From contig NZ_MWQY01000016.1 in the NCBI RefSeq assembly GCF_002087085.1, positions 62,001-100,221 on the forward strand: DNA of 38,221 nucleotides, given 5' to 3'. The notes beneath the pieces were generated by a model, which saw only the letters and a list, made by a program, of their open reading frames with translations, was not told the origin of the DNA and made no database searches. Positions 19,163 to 29,392 of this stretch are shown here, piece by piece. Each line of letters opens with the position of its first letter. Position 1 is the first letter of the stretch. Both the position numbers and the translations under genes were made by a program.

Positions 19163-20860
19163 TTATTTCTCCCTGTGGTAAGGCCAGGCCATCAGACCGC
19201 CTTCCATTACCTTGACGTTTGTGTAGCCGTTGGCAATCAATGTCCGGGCGGCTTCATAACCCCTCAGGGATATCTTGCAGTAGGTGATGATTTCGGTGTT
19301 CTTGTCTTCCGGCAGCTCATTGAGCCGGTGGCGCAACGCGCCTACAGGGATCAGGTGTTCTCCTACACCTAAGCGCATCTCTTCCCACTCCTCGGGGCTG
19401 CGGGTATCGATTATGAAAGGCTTTTCCCCCTTATCCAGTTTTGCCTTGACCTCTACCGCCGAACAGCCCTCCATCAGGCCTCTGATCTTGTTCTGCAGGG
19501 CATGGGCACAGGCGACGATGTTGTCGATGGCCAGGGAGAAGGGAGGGGCGTAGGGCAGATCGGCGTTGACCAGCTGGTCAACGGTAAGTCCCCCCATGAT
19601 CGCCATTGCCGCCATACCGATCTGTTTGCTGGCATCGGCCATCCCGATACACTGAAAACCCAGGATCTTTCCCGAATCTCCGTCGGCAATCATCCTGTTG
19701 ATCAGAATCTTTGCCCCCATAAAGCCCGGTTTATCGGGGCCCGAGGTTGTAACGGAAACCACATTCCTGTAACCCAGTTTCTCGGCCTGGGCTTTGGATA
19801 TGCCCGTGGAACCGGCGGAAAAGTCAAAGACCTTGCAGACGCCGGTCTGAATGGTTCCGGGGAAGGTGACAATGTTGCCCCGTGCGGCATTCTCCCCGGC
19901 AACACGCCCTTCCAGGTTGGCCAGGTCACCGTAGGGGGCATGTACGTTGGAGCCGGTCAGCCGCTGGGGGATTTCCGTGCAGTCACCCACAGCGTATATA
20001 TCGGGATCGTTGGTCTGCATGTACTCATTGACCGTGATTCCTCCGGTTCTTCCTGTTTCGATTCCCGCATCCTTTGCGATCTTTGTATTCGGCACTACAC
20101 CTATGGCGACTACCGCCATTTCGCAGGGGATTTCATCTCCGTTGGCCAGTTTGACCGCCCTGAGTTTACCCTTCTCATCCCCCAGGAAGGCCGAAACAGC
20201 GTTGTCGGTTATTACATCCGCGGCATGGGCTTTGACATGGTTCTCAAGGATCTTTGCCAGCTGCCAGTCCAGGAACATCAGTATCTGGGGCAGCATTTCC
20301 ACCACGGTAATCTTGATACCCGCAAGCTGCAGGGCTTCGCAGGTCTCTATTCCGATTAAGCCGCCGCCCACGACAACGGCCTTTCGTATCTTGCCCTCAT
20401 CCCGAACCTTGCGCAGATAATCGGCGTCCGGCATGGACTGCAGGGTGGTTATTCCGTCCAGATCAATACCCGGAACAGGAGGCATTCTGGGTGTGGCCCC
20501 CATGGCCAGGATCAGTTTGTCATACTCGTAGGTCTCGGTCTCTCCGGAAAGCAGATTTTTTGCCGTTACCTTCTTTGCCTTACGGTCGATGCCGGTAACT
20601 TCCGTATCGGTCCTGGCGATTATGTTCTTGGCCTTCATGTAGTAGACCGGGTCCCGGACTACCCCGGTGGGTGTACAGAGCAGCTGGTTCCTGTCGTCAA
20701 AGAAACCACCAACATAATAGGGATATCCGCAGGAGGCCATGGAAAGATCGTGGGCCTTCTGCAGGATTATAATCTCAGCGTCAAAATCGAGGCGTCTGGC
20801 CCGTGCCGCAGCCTTCGGACCGGAGGCGGAGCCGCCGATTACGAGAATTTTTTTTGCCAT
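19163..20860 (-). CDS. CoA-disulfide/persulfide reductase with C-terminal rhodanese domain (CoADR-RHD)
   Basis: FAD motif IGGSASG, redox Cys in SMASCGYPY, NAD motif VGGGLIG, YAPPFS, rhodanese YCKISLRG; start at ATG 20860. Confidence 0.9.
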   Translation of the reverse strand: MAKKILVIGGSASGPKAAARARRLDFDAEIIILQKAHDLSMASCGYPYYVGGFFDDRNQLLCTPTGVVRDPVYYMKAKNIIARTDTEVTGIDRKAKKVTAKNLLSGETETYEYDKLILAMGATPRMPPVPGIDLDGITTLQSMPDADYLRKVRDEGKIRKAVVVGGGLIGIETCEALQLAGIKITVVEMLPQILMFLDWQLAKILENHVKAHAADVITDNAVSAFLGDEKGKLRAVKLANGDEIPCEMAVVAIGVVPNTKIAKDAGIETGRTGGITVNEYMQTNDPDIYAVGDCTEIPQRLTGSNVHAPYGDLANLEGRVAGENAARGNIVTFPGTIQTGVCKVFDFSAGSTGISKAQAEKLGYRNVVSVTTSGPDKPGFMGAKILINRMIADGDSGKILGFQCIGMADASKQIGMAAMAIMGGLTVDQLVNADLPYAPPFSLAIDNIVACAHALQNKIRGLMEGCSAVEVKAKLDKGEKPFIIDTRSPEEWEEMRLGVGEHLIPVGALRHRLNELPEDKNTEIITYCKISLRGYEAARTLIANGYTNVKVMEGGLMAWPYHREK

Positions 20861-20912
20861 AAGTCTTCTCCTTTCGTTTGTTGCATTGAGCAAATATAGT
20901 GAATATCATTAT

Positions 20913-20940
20913 CAATATATTAACATGTTAACGTATATTG
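20913..20940. promoter_or_regulatory. AT-rich inverted repeat, probable operator in the divergent CoADR-RHD / panE promoter
   Basis: CAATATA-TTAACATGTTAA-CG-TATATTG: perfect 12-bp core palindrome with 7-bp outer arms. Confidence 0.5.
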
Positions 20941-20998
20941 TGAAACTACTATTTATTGCATTGCCCTCATCCCTTCTTGTGTTATATCATGGTGATTA

Positions 20999-21913
20999 AT
21001 GAATTCGATTGCTGTTATTGGCGCAGGCGCTTTAGGCCTGTTGTACGGAGCACCCCTGGCGACCCTGCTGAAGGACAAGCTTTTTTTTATCGCGGAAGGG
21101 GACAGGGTCCGAAGAATCAATGAAACCGTTTATTCCATCAACGGAAAGGAACACAGGTTCCAGGCTTTTTCTCCGGATCAGCTTGGCGAAAAGCCCGATA
21201 TTGTCCTGGTGGCAGTGAAGAACCACCACCTTGAATCCATTGTTCCGCTGCTGGATGCCCTTCTTGAAGAGGGTACTCTGGTTGTTTCGGTGCTGAACGG
21301 TATCGACAGCGAGCGCTTTATTGAAGAGAGGTTCCCTCAGGCCAAGGTGCTCTACAGCGTTGCCGTGGGGATGGATGCAGTTAAAGAGGGGAACAGCCTC
21401 AATTACAGTAACCCCGGAAAGCTTCTGCTGGGCACGAAGAATAACGATTCCCGTGACGGGGACCTTAACGAGTTAACCGCACTCCTTGATACTGCAGGAA
21501 TCCCCTGGGATGTACCGGAGGATATTATCCGTTCCCTCTGGTGGAAGTGGATGATCAACATCGGTATGAACCAGGTATCTGCCGTAACCGGTGCTCCCTA
21601 TGGGGTCTTTCATGCCGATAAAACCGTGCAGGCATTGATGGAAGATGCCATGCTGGAAACGGTACGGGTCGCCAAGGCCGAAGGTGTGGACCTGCGGGAT
21701 GAGGATGTCCCCGCCTGGTACTCCATAATGAACAAGCTCGGTCCGGAGGGGAAAACCTCAATGCTTCAGGATGTCGAGGCTCGACGAAAGACCGAGGTCG
21801 AGGCCTTTGCGGGAAAACTTATGGAACGAGCAAAAAAGCACTCCATACCCGTACCGGTAAACCAGACCCTGTTCAGAATAATCAAGATGAAGGAACTGTT
21901 GTACCTGACCTAG
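20999..21913 (+). CDS. panE: 2-dehydropantoate 2-reductase (ketopantoate reductase family)
   Basis: IGAGALG, VAVK, LNG, WWKWMINIGMN and SMLQDVEARRKTEVE. Confidence 0.9.
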   Translation: MNSIAVIGAGALGLLYGAPLATLLKDKLFFIAEGDRVRRINETVYSINGKEHRFQAFSPDQLGEKPDIVLVAVKNHHLESIVPLLDALLEEGTLVVSVLNGIDSERFIEERFPQAKVLYSVAVGMDAVKEGNSLNYSNPGKLLLGTKNNDSRDGDLNELTALLDTAGIPWDVPEDIIRSLWWKWMINIGMNQVSAVTGAPYGVFHADKTVQALMEDAMLETVRVAKAEGVDLRDEDVPAWYSIMNKLGPEGKTSMLQDVEARRKTEVEAFAGKLMERAKKHSIPVPVNQTLFRIIKMKELLYLT

Positions 21914-21922
21914 GAGGACCCA

Positions 21923-22153
21923 ATGTCTGAAAAACTGATCATGTTTCACGGCTTCGACCAGGATGAAGTACTGGGCCTGATGCGCCTTTTAAAGGCAAAT
22001 ATTGCAGAACCCCGGAAGGTAGCCTTCTGCATGACCACAGAGAACAATCTGGAATGGAAAATCAGGGACCTTATAAGCGATGTGGTCGAGGAGCATGAGT
22101 ATATGCTCAAGAGGGAAGAAGAGCGGGCAGCGAAAAGGGAAGCCGAAGAGTAG
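21923..22153 (+). CDS. DUF3783-like small protein
   Basis: IMFHGF...FCMTTENNLEWKIRDLI..V.EEHEYM pattern; AGGAGG SD. Confidence 0.8.
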   Translation: MSEKLIMFHGFDQDEVLGLMRLLKANIAEPRKVAFCMTTENNLEWKIRDLISDVVEEHEYMLKREEERAAKREAEE

Positions 22154-22288
22154 CTGGCCCGAGAGCAGTCCGTTTTAAAAAAGTTGCCCCCCGCCGGGAT
22201 TCATCGCTATATTAATCATACACAAAGAAACTTGTACATAATCTCCATTGAATATAATCCGTGACACACGGAGATGAGGAAGGAATAT

Positions 22289-24904
22289 ATGCAATACAAC
22301 AGGATGACTACCAAAACCCAGGAGGCCCTGCAGGCTGCCCATTCTGAAGCCAACCGCTCGGGACACGCCCAGATCGATGTGGACCATATGCTCCTGGCCC
22401 TGTTGGAACAGGAGGACGGGGTAGTACCCCCGCTTCTGGATTCCCTGGGTGTGAATGCCGGGACCCTCAGACGGGATCTTTCCCAGATATCCGCATCGAA
22501 GCCCAGGGTCTCCGGGGAAGGAGCTCAAGTTACCATATCCCCGGAGCTTTCACGGGTTTTAAGCAGCGCGGAGAAGGATGCCGAGTCCCTGAAGGACGAG
22601 TATGTCTCCACCGAACATATCCTCATGAGCATGAGTTCCGCCGAGAACCGTACAGCTGACCTGCTGCGCCGTTACGGAGTGACGAAGGACAGGATTATCA
22701 CGGCATTGAAATCAATCCGGGGAAATCAGCGGGTAACCGATCAGGATCCGGAGGGACGCTACCAGGTGCTGGAGAAGTACTGCAAAGACCTCACCGCCCT
22801 GGCCCGGAAGGAGAAGCTCGATCCGGTAATCGGCCGGGATGAGGAGATCCGCCGGGTTATGCAGGTTCTGAGCCGCAGGACCAAGAACAACCCGGTATTA
22901 ATCGGCGAACCCGGAGTCGGTAAGACCGCCATTGTCGAGGGACTGGCCAGAAGGATCGTCTCCGGCGACGTTCCGGATTCCCTGAAAAACAAGCGTCTTC
23001 TGGCCCTGGACCTGGGGGCCCTGATTGCAGGGGCCAAGTTCCGCGGCGAGTTCGAGGAGCGCCTGAAAGCTGTCATCAACGAGATCGCCGCTTCCGACGG
23101 GCAGATCATACTCTTCATCGATGAGCTTCACACCCTGGTGGGGGCGGGGGCCGCTGAAGGGTCCACCGACGCGTCAAACCTGCTCAAGCCGGCCCTGGCC
23201 AGGGGTGAACTGCGGGCCATCGGTGCAACTACCCTGGATGAGTACCGCAAGCACATCGAGAAGGACGCTGCCCTGGAGCGCCGCTTCCAGCAGGTCTACA
23301 CCGCCGAACCCTCGGTGGAGGATACCGTTGCCATTCTGCGGGGTATTCAGGAACGTTACGAGGTTCACCACGGGGTTCGTATCCGGGATGACGCCCTGAT
23401 CGCTGCGGCAACCCTGTCGGACCGCTATATAACAAGCCGTTTTCTGCCGGACAAGGCTATCGACCTGGTAGACGAGGCGGCCAGCCGGCTGAAAATGGAA
23501 ATAGAGAGCCAGCCCACGGAGCTGGATCAGATTGAACGGCGTATTCTTCAGCTGAACATAGAGAAACAGGCCCTTTCCCGGGAAGAAGATGCCGCCAGTA
23601 AGGAGCGGCTCGCTAAGCTGCAGGAGGAGCTGAACGAGCTCACCCATAAACGGGATGCCATGCAGCTTCAGTGGAAGAACGAGAAGAACATTATCGACGA
23701 GATCCGTTCCCTCAAGGCAAAGCTGGAGGAGTACAAGCTCCAGGAGACCCGCTACGAACGGGAGGGCGACTTTACCAGGGCCGCGGAGATAAAACACGGA
23801 AAAATCCCGGAAGCCAATGCCCAGATCGCTGCCCGCAGTAAAGAGCTGGAGGAACTTAAAGGGGACCATCGTCTTTTGCGGGAGGAAGTCTCGGAAGAGG
23901 ATATAGCCCAGGTAGTCTCCACCTGGACGGGGATTCCCGTGTCCAAGATGCTCTCCTCGGAGATGGCCAAGTATCTGAAACTGGAAAAGATCCTGGAAGA
24001 GCGGGTTGTGGGCCAGGACGACGCGATCGAGGCAGTCAGCGATGCGATCCGGCGCAACAAGACCGGCCTCTCCGATGCCGCGAGGCCCCTGGGTTCCTTT
24101 CTTTTCCTGGGACCCACCGGTGTGGGCAAGACGGAGCTTGCCAAGACTTTGGCGGATTTTCTCTTCAACGATGAGCGGGCCCTTACCCGGATCGACATGA
24201 GCGAGTACATGGAGAAGTTTTCCGTAAGCCGCCTTATCGGGGCGCCTCCCGGATACGTGGGTTACGACCAGGGCGGCCAGCTGACCGAAGCGGTGCGGCG
24301 CCGGCCCTATTCGGTCATTCTGTTTGACGAGGTGGAGAAGGCCCATCCCGATGTATTCAATGTACTCCTCCAGCTCCTGGACGACGGACGGCTCACCGAC
24401 GGCCAGGGCAGAGTAGTAGACTTCCGCAACGCCATCGTAATCCTTACCAGCAACCTGGGGAGCGACCTGATCCTCCAGGTCGAGGATCCGGCGGAGGTGA
24501 AGCAGAAGATCGAGCTGCTTTTAAAAGGTTCGTTTAAGCCTGAATTCCTGAACCGCCTGGATGAGACGATCATCTTCAGCCGCCTGGGGAAAGATCAGAT
24601 CCTGAAGATTGTCGATATTCAGCTGCAGCGCCTGGCAAAGCGTCTGGAGGAGCGGAATCTGACCCTTGTGCTGGACGCCAAAGCCAAAGAGCTGGTCGCT
24701 GCCGAGGGATTCGACCCCGCCTTCGGCGCCCGGCCGGTAAAACGGACTATCCAGAGCTTACTGGAGAACCCCCTGGCCAAAAAGATCCTGGCAGGAGAGA
24801 TCCCCGAAGGTTCACAGGTGTCCGTCAGCGCTTCCGACGGGGAGCTTGTCTTTACGGCAAAAGCCGGGAAGAATACGAAGAGAGCCGCCCGGGTCGAAGT
24901 ATAG
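22289..24904 (+). CDS. clpB: ATP-dependent chaperone ClpB
   Basis: Clp N-domain, two AAA+ modules ([16 protein letters not shown]), long coiled-coil middle domain, GAPPGYVGY. Confidence 0.97.
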   Translation: MQYNRMTTKTQEALQAAHSEANRSGHAQIDVDHMLLALLEQEDGVVPPLLDSLGVNAGTLRRDLSQISASKPRVSGEGAQVTISPELSRVLSSAEKDAESLKDEYVSTEHILMSMSSAENRTADLLRRYGVTKDRIITALKSIRGNQRVTDQDPEGRYQVLEKYCKDLTALARKEKLDPVIGRDEEIRRVMQVLSRRTKNNPVLIGEPGVGKTAIVEGLARRIVSGDVPDSLKNKRLLALDLGALIAGAKFRGEFEERLKAVINEIAASDGQIILFIDELHTLVGAGAAEGSTDASNLLKPALARGELRAIGATTLDEYRKHIEKDAALERRFQQVYTAEPSVEDTVAILRGIQERYEVHHGVRIRDDALIAAATLSDRYITSRFLPDKAIDLVDEAASRLKMEIESQPTELDQIERRILQLNIEKQALSREEDAASKERLAKLQEELNELTHKRDAMQLQWKNEKNIIDEIRSLKAKLEEYKLQETRYEREGDFTRAAEIKHGKIPEANAQIAARSKELEELKGDHRLLREEVSEEDIAQVVSTWTGIPVSKMLSSEMAKYLKLEKILEERVVGQDDAIEAVSDAIRRNKTGLSDAARPLGSFLFLGPTGVGKTELAKTLADFLFNDERALTRIDMSEYMEKFSVSRLIGAPPGYVGYDQGGQLTEAVRRRPYSVILFDEVEKAHPDVFNVLLQLLDDGRLTDGQGRVVDFRNAIVILTSNLGSDLILQVEDPAEVKQKIELLLKGSFKPEFLNRLDETIIFSRLGKDQILKIVDIQLQRLAKRLEERNLTLVLDAKAKELVAAEGFDPAFGARPVKRTIQSLLENPLAKKILAGEIPEGSQVSVSASDGELVFTAKAGKNTKRAARVEV

Positions 24905-24908
24905 AGAG

Positions 24909-26747
24909 TCAGGAGGCAGTTCCCCGGTAGAGCATAAGGCAGCCTGCCGGGGGGACCTCGACTTTTACGGCCAGGTTATCCCCTGCCTGTTCCACCTTTA
25001 CCCTTTCCGAACTCTTTCCGGGATCTGAGCTATATAGAAGCTGGAACTCGTCTCCTTCTGTATGCAGAGATGAGTCCACGGCGATGCTCACAGTCAAAGC
25101 GTTCTCCATATCCGTATTGAAGGCAAGCACAGCTTCCTCCGTGTTGAATATCCGGGCCCAGGCAACGACCGAGGTTATCCGGCCTTCCCCGATTTTCCGG
25201 GGATAGTCAAAGCGCTCCCCGTCATGGGAGATAGGGCGCAGATACTGCCTGCCCTGCCGAAGAATGAGGTAGCTGTGCCGAAGCTTTAGGAGCTTTGCCA
25301 GCTCCACATAGATAAGATTGGCGGTGTTAAAAAAGTGTTTGCCCTGGGTCCTGAAGGCCCCGAAGTTCCCAGCAAACATGCATTCCCTAATGTAGCTGTC
25401 CTCGCCGCCGCCGCCGTCGAAGCCCTGCTCGGTACCGTAGTAGATGCATGGAATCCCGAGACCCATGACATTGAGAAAGAGGGCGTTCAATAAGAGGGGG
25501 GCAGTCTCTTTGTCGGCGGCAAAGCGGTATTTCCAGTCTCCTTCCAGGCTGACCATGTCGTGATCGTCAAACATGGTGACCACGTTGTCCTGGTACCAGC
25601 GATTATCGTCGTCCCCCGGCAGCTGGCTGTTGGAGAAGGCTGCGAAATAATCCTCCGGATTAACCGCTCCCTTTGCACAGCCTTCGAGCTGGTTCGGTAT
25701 GCGATTTATTCCCAAGGCGGCGTTCAGACCCGTCTCTTTAAAGGCCTTGATGGCATATTCCAGGCCTCCGGTGATCTCCCCGATAAGATAGAAATTCTTC
25801 TTGCCCAGGGACTTGGCGAACTCGTGGATCTCCCTCACAAAATAGCGGGTTGCTCCCCATTCCATGTGTTTAACCGTGTCGATACGGAAACCATCCACGT
25901 CCGCATAGGCGATCCAGTACTTGTAGGCTTCGGTAATTGTTTTCAGGGCAGGGGATGGCTGGAACTCCTCTCCGCTGCCGCCGGTACCGAGGTTATGGGT
26001 TTTGAGACTGAAAAAGTCCCCCTCCACATATTCCGGATAGTTCTCCCAGTTCTGAATATATCCTTTACGGTAATAGGCGGAGGGGTACTGCATTTCCCGC
26101 GGCCATACGGCCCCGTCGGGCCACACAGATTCCCGATCCTTTCCTTCCCCGTAAGGAATCTCTGGTTTACCTTCCGCGTTGCGGTATCCTTTTACCGGGT
26201 ACTGCTCCCCGGTCCAGGGAGTGTTCTCTTTCTCGTAGGCGAATACATCACCGGAGTGGTTTATAATGATGTCCAGGATGACCCTCATGCCCTGCTTATG
26301 GGCCTCCTGTGCAAGGAACTTGAGATCCTGATCGCTGCCAAGGTGAGGATCGATGGCCAGGAAGTTCTGAATGCCATAACCGTGATAAGACTCCTGGAAG
26401 GAGACCTGCTTGAAGATGGGGCTTATCCAGACGGCGGTAATCCCAAGCTGCTGCAGATAATCGAGCTTTGACAGAACCCCTGTAAGAGTACCACCGTTCC
26501 AGCGCTTCCCCCAGCTCTGCCAATCCTCTTCTTTTCCGCTCTTCTTTACGAGCTCATAATCGCGTTCTGCGTCGTAGAGGGCCTCATCGTTTTCGTTACC
26601 GTCCGAGAAGCGGTCGGCCATGAGGAAATAGATTACCTGATCCTCCCAGTCATCAGGGGAGGGGTAATATTCCCTGTCTCGGACCAGACTTGTAAAGTCA
26701 ATATCCCCAATACTCCGTAATTCTTTCATGGGCATCTTCTCCTCCAC
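24909..26747 (-). CDS. GH13 alpha-amylase family glycoside hydrolase
   Basis: YHGY, DIIINH, DGFRIDTVKH (nucleophile), IGEITG (acid/base), DDHD and GIPCIYYGTEQ; no signal peptide. Confidence 0.92.
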   Translation of the reverse strand: MEEKMPMKELRSIGDIDFTSLVRDREYYPSPDDWEDQVIYFLMADRFSDGNENDEALYDAERDYELVKKSGKEEDWQSWGKRWNGGTLTGVLSKLDYLQQLGITAVWISPIFKQVSFQESYHGYGIQNFLAIDPHLGSDQDLKFLAQEAHKQGMRVILDIIINHSGDVFAYEKENTPWTGEQYPVKGYRNAEGKPEIPYGEGKDRESVWPDGAVWPREMQYPSAYYRKGYIQNWENYPEYVEGDFFSLKTHNLGTGGSGEEFQPSPALKTITEAYKYWIAYADVDGFRIDTVKHMEWGATRYFVREIHEFAKSLGKKNFYLIGEITGGLEYAIKAFKETGLNAALGINRIPNQLEGCAKGAVNPEDYFAAFSNSQLPGDDDNRWYQDNVVTMFDDHDMVSLEGDWKYRFAADKETAPLLLNALFLNVMGLGIPCIYYGTEQGFDGGGGEDSYIRECMFAGNFGAFRTQGKHFFNTANLIYVELAKLLKLRHSYLILRQGRQYLRPISHDGERFDYPRKIGEGRITSVVAWARIFNTEEAVLAFNTDMENALTVSIAVDSSLHTEGDEFQLLYSSDPGKSSERVKVEQAGDNLAVKVEVPPAGCLMLYRGTAS

Positions 26748-26814
26748 GAAAACTCATACATAAGGATCATGATTAATTATAAGCCCGGGAGGAGGAGCCG
26801 AACAACGGAATTGT

Positions 26815-27318
26815 CTAAAAAAGCTTCAGATATGCCGCCATGTAATCGGGAAGGTCCGCAGGTTTTCGGGCCGAAACGATATTGCGGTCGGTGACGGCAC
26901 TTTTATCCACCCATTCCGCTCCCGCATGGATCAGATCATCCTTGATACCCGGGGTCGAGGTCATTGTATAACCCTTCACTATGTCAGCCGAGGCGAGTAC
27001 CCATCCGGCATGGCAGATATGACCCACCGGTTTCCCTGCCTTGAAAATCTCCCGGGTCAAGCCTAATACAGCTTCATAGCGCCGGAGTTTGTCCGGTGCC
27101 CATCCCCCGGGGACCAGCAGGCCGTCGTAGTCGGCGGCCTTCAGATCCTCGAAGGAGACCTCTGATGTAGCGGGTACGCCGTGTTTTCCGTGGTAGACCT
27201 TTCCCGCCTCCTTGCCGGCTATGTCGACCTGGAAGCCCGCCTCCCTGCAGCGCAGTACGGGATACCAGAGCTCGAGATCTTCAAACTGTTCATCTATAAA
27301 AGCCAGAATTTTCTTCAT
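26815..27318 (-). CDS. PfpI/DJ-1 family (type 1 glutamine amidotransferase-like) protein
   Basis: FEDLEL, VPGGWAPD and ICHAG nucleophile elbow; AGGAG SD before ATG 27318. Confidence 0.92.
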   Translation of the reverse strand: MKKILAFIDEQFEDLELWYPVLRCREAGFQVDIAGKEAGKVYHGKHGVPATSEVSFEDLKAADYDGLLVPGGWAPDKLRRYEAVLGLTREIFKAGKPVGHICHAGWVLASADIVKGYTMTSTPGIKDDLIHAGAEWVDKSAVTDRNIVSARKPADLPDYMAAYLKLF

Positions 27319-27528
27319 AGTTGTCTCCTGTATTGTGTTCGCTGGGTAATAAGGTACGGATCTCATGGCAATCAGTCAAAAATTCCCGGCTTTCAGTGGT
27401 CTGTTCTGTTTTATTACGTGATTCCGGAAACCGGGCAAATCTTGCCTGGCGGGACATTCTATCTGGAAAGAGGCTGCCGTTTTGAACACGTCTTGCAGCA
27501 GCTGGATCAAGAATTATAAAATCGTTCC

Positions 27529-28494
27529 ATGAAAGTGGAATATCTCAGGCGTTTGAACCGGGTCCTCGAGTATATTGACTCTCACCTGGGGGAGGATCTG
27601 GACCACGAAACCCTGGCAGGGGAAGCTGCCTTTTCCAGGTTCCACTTTGCCCGGATTTTTTCCGCAGCCCTCGGTGAATCTCTGGGAGCCTATATTCAGC
27701 GGTTGCGCCTGGAACGGGCTGCAGGGTATATCTCTGGACGTCCGGATATGACGATAACCCGTATCGGTATTGAATCAGGGTTTTCCTCTTCTGCAGTATT
27801 CTCCAGGGCTTTTCGTGATCATTTCGGCATGAGTCCCAGCGAATGGCGGGCCGGTGGTGACGCTGAATACAGCAGGAATTGCAAACTGCAGAGCAAGCGA
27901 TATCATCCCATGAGCATATATTGCGAAGCAACCACGGTGGAATCCTCGTATTCTGTGTATACACAACAGAAATGGAGGGTATCTATGAAAACACCGACAA
28001 AAAATCTCGATTACACTGTGCGGGTAGATGAACAGCAGGAAAAGACAGTGGCCTATGTCCGACACACCGGTCCCTATGCCGGTAACGAGGAACTCTTTCA
28101 CGGTCTGTTCTCCCGACTGTTGAAATGGGCCGTCCCGCGGCAGCTTTTCGAGGCTGGCAAAACGGAGATGCTTACTATCTATCATGATTCTCCGGAGATA
28201 ACCGAAGAGGAGAAGCTCAGGATAAGTGTCTGTATTACCGTTCCTCCGGATACGGAGGTCTCCGGAGATATAGGTAAAACCGCCATTCCCGCCGGGCGCT
28301 ATGCGGTTGGAGAGTTTCTTATATCCGCTGATGAGTACGGTGATGCCTGGAACAGCCTCTTTGCCGGGTGGCTCCCGGAAAGCGGGTATCAGTGCAGTGA
28401 GGGGCCCTGCTACGAGGTTTATCTGAACGATCCGGAAGAACACCCGGAAGGCAGGCACCGGGTGGCGATCCACATCCCGGTCGCCCCGCTGTAA
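27529..28494 (+). CDS. AraC-family regulator with C-terminal GyrI-like effector domain
   Basis: N-terminal double HTH (SRFHFARIF, RLRLERAA, GFSSSAVFSRAFRDHFGMSPSEWR); GyrI domain (AYVRHTGPY, WLPESGY, YEVYLNDP). Confidence 0.93.
   Translation: MKVEYLRRLNRVLEYIDSHLGEDLDHETLAGEAAFSRFHFARIFSAALGESLGAYIQRLRLERAAGYISGRPDMTITRIGIESGFSSSAVFSRAFRDHFGMSPSEWRAGGDAEYSRNCKLQSKRYHPMSIYCEATTVESSYSVYTQQKWRVSMKTPTKNLDYTVRVDEQQEKTVAYVRHTGPYAGNEELFHGLFSRLLKWAVPRQLFEAGKTEMLTIYHDSPEITEEEKLRISVCITVPPDTEVSGDIGKTAIPAGRYAVGEFLISADEYGDAWNSLFAGWLPESGYQCSEGPCYEVYLNDPEEHPEGRHRVAIHIPVAPL
27870..27987 (+). promoter_or_regulatory. putative intragenic AraC-activated promoter with SD and in-frame ATG for a GyrI-only isoform
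   Basis: AGCA at 27871, 27892 and 27913 (21-bp period); TATTCT at 27949-27954; GGAGG at 27974-27978; in-frame ATG at 27985. Confidence 0.6.
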
Positions 28495-28540
28495 GCTTGA
28501 AGAACTGACAGAGAAAGAATCAATCTTCACCCCGCACGGT

Positions 28541-28563
28541 CCCTGCAGTCCCCGGCTGCAGGG
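28541..28563. terminator. GC-rich hairpin downstream of the AraC-GyrI gene
   Basis: CCCTGCAG-7 nt-CTGCAGGG; weak U-tract. Confidence 0.4.
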
Positions 28564-28702
28564 GCTTCCTGTGCTCTCTTAAATCGTGCGGACCTGCCGG
28601 CTCTGTTCCCGTTCCGTGGACAGAAGGCGGAAAAACTGTAAAAAGAGACGATTTCCCGGGTTTTTTGGGGAGGCGACTTGACGGGATCAATAATTTACCG
28701 TA

Positions 28703-28728
28703 TTGGTTTAACCATAAGGTTAAACCAA
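28703..28728. promoter_or_regulatory. TetR operator palindrome
   Basis: Perfect inverted repeat TTGGTTTAACC-ATAA-GGTTAAACCAA, 13 nt upstream of the tetR ATG and downstream of TTGACG (28678-28683). Confidence 0.8.
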
Positions 28729-28741
28729 GAGGTTTTACAAG

Positions 28742-29392
28742 ATGACCAATGATATCGATCGAGGCACAGAAGAGCAGATCCTGGCCGCCGCCTACCGGGT
28801 GATCATCCGCCGCGGCAAGTCCGGTACCCGCATGCAGGAGATCGCCGACGAGGCGGGGGTGAACAAGGCTCTGCTGCACTACTACTTCCGCTCCAAGGAC
28901 AGGATCTACGAGGCGGTTCTAAGGAAGGTCCTCTCCTCGCTCCTGAAGTCCATGCTGCAGAGCATCGATTTCTCCATGCCCATCCGAGAGGTCCTCGAGG
29001 CCTTTATCCGGGGGCACATCGGCGCGCTGAAGAGCAATCCGCAGGTTTTCCAGTTCTTCATGGCCGAGATGTGGACCAACCGGGAGGAGGTGATTCCGGT
29101 ATTCGTCGGGCTGTTAACCGAGAACCGCGAGATCATCACGACCAGGTTCTTTGCCCGGCTGCAGCAGGCGATGGACGACGGCGAAATCAGGCGGGTGAAT
29201 CCCTTCCATTTTCTAATGAACATCATCAGTCTCGACGTCTTCTATTTTGTCGCTTCGCCGCTGTTTTTTGCTGTTCTGAATGTGCCGGAAAAAGAACAGG
29301 AAGCGATGACCGGGCAGCGGGCCGATCAGGTGGTGGAGTTCATCTGGGAATCGATTCGTCCAAGGGAGGAATCAGGATGCACAGAATCTTGA
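28742..29392 (+). CDS. TetR/AcrR family transcriptional regulator
   Basis: GTRMQEIADEAGVNKALLHYYFRSKD HTH. Confidence 0.95.
   Translation: MTNDIDRGTEEQILAAAYRVIIRRGKSGTRMQEIADEAGVNKALLHYYFRSKDRIYEAVLRKVLSSLLKSMLQSIDFSMPIREVLEAFIRGHIGALKSNPQVFQFFMAEMWTNREEVIPVFVGLLTENREIITTRFFARLQQAMDDGEIRRVNPFHFLMNIISLDVFYFVASPLFFAVLNVPEKEQEAMTGQRADQVVEFIWESIRPREESGCTES

Noticed and set aside
20938..20955. Rex box upstream of CoADR-RHD
   Set aside because: Only the TTGTGAA half-site is present; the second half does not match TTCACAA
22154..22288. CIRCE, HAIR or CtsR heat-shock operator before clpB
   Set aside because: No adequate match to TTAGCACTC-N9-GAGTGCTAA, CTTGAGT-N7-ACTCAAG or the CtsR heptad repeats
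23174..24346. 390-aa antisense ORF inside clpB
   Set aside because: Antisense shadow of a highly conserved gene
29071..29376. 102-aa N-terminal extension of TolC in the ORF track
   Set aside because: Lies inside tetR; ATG 29377 has an SD and gives a proper signal peptide
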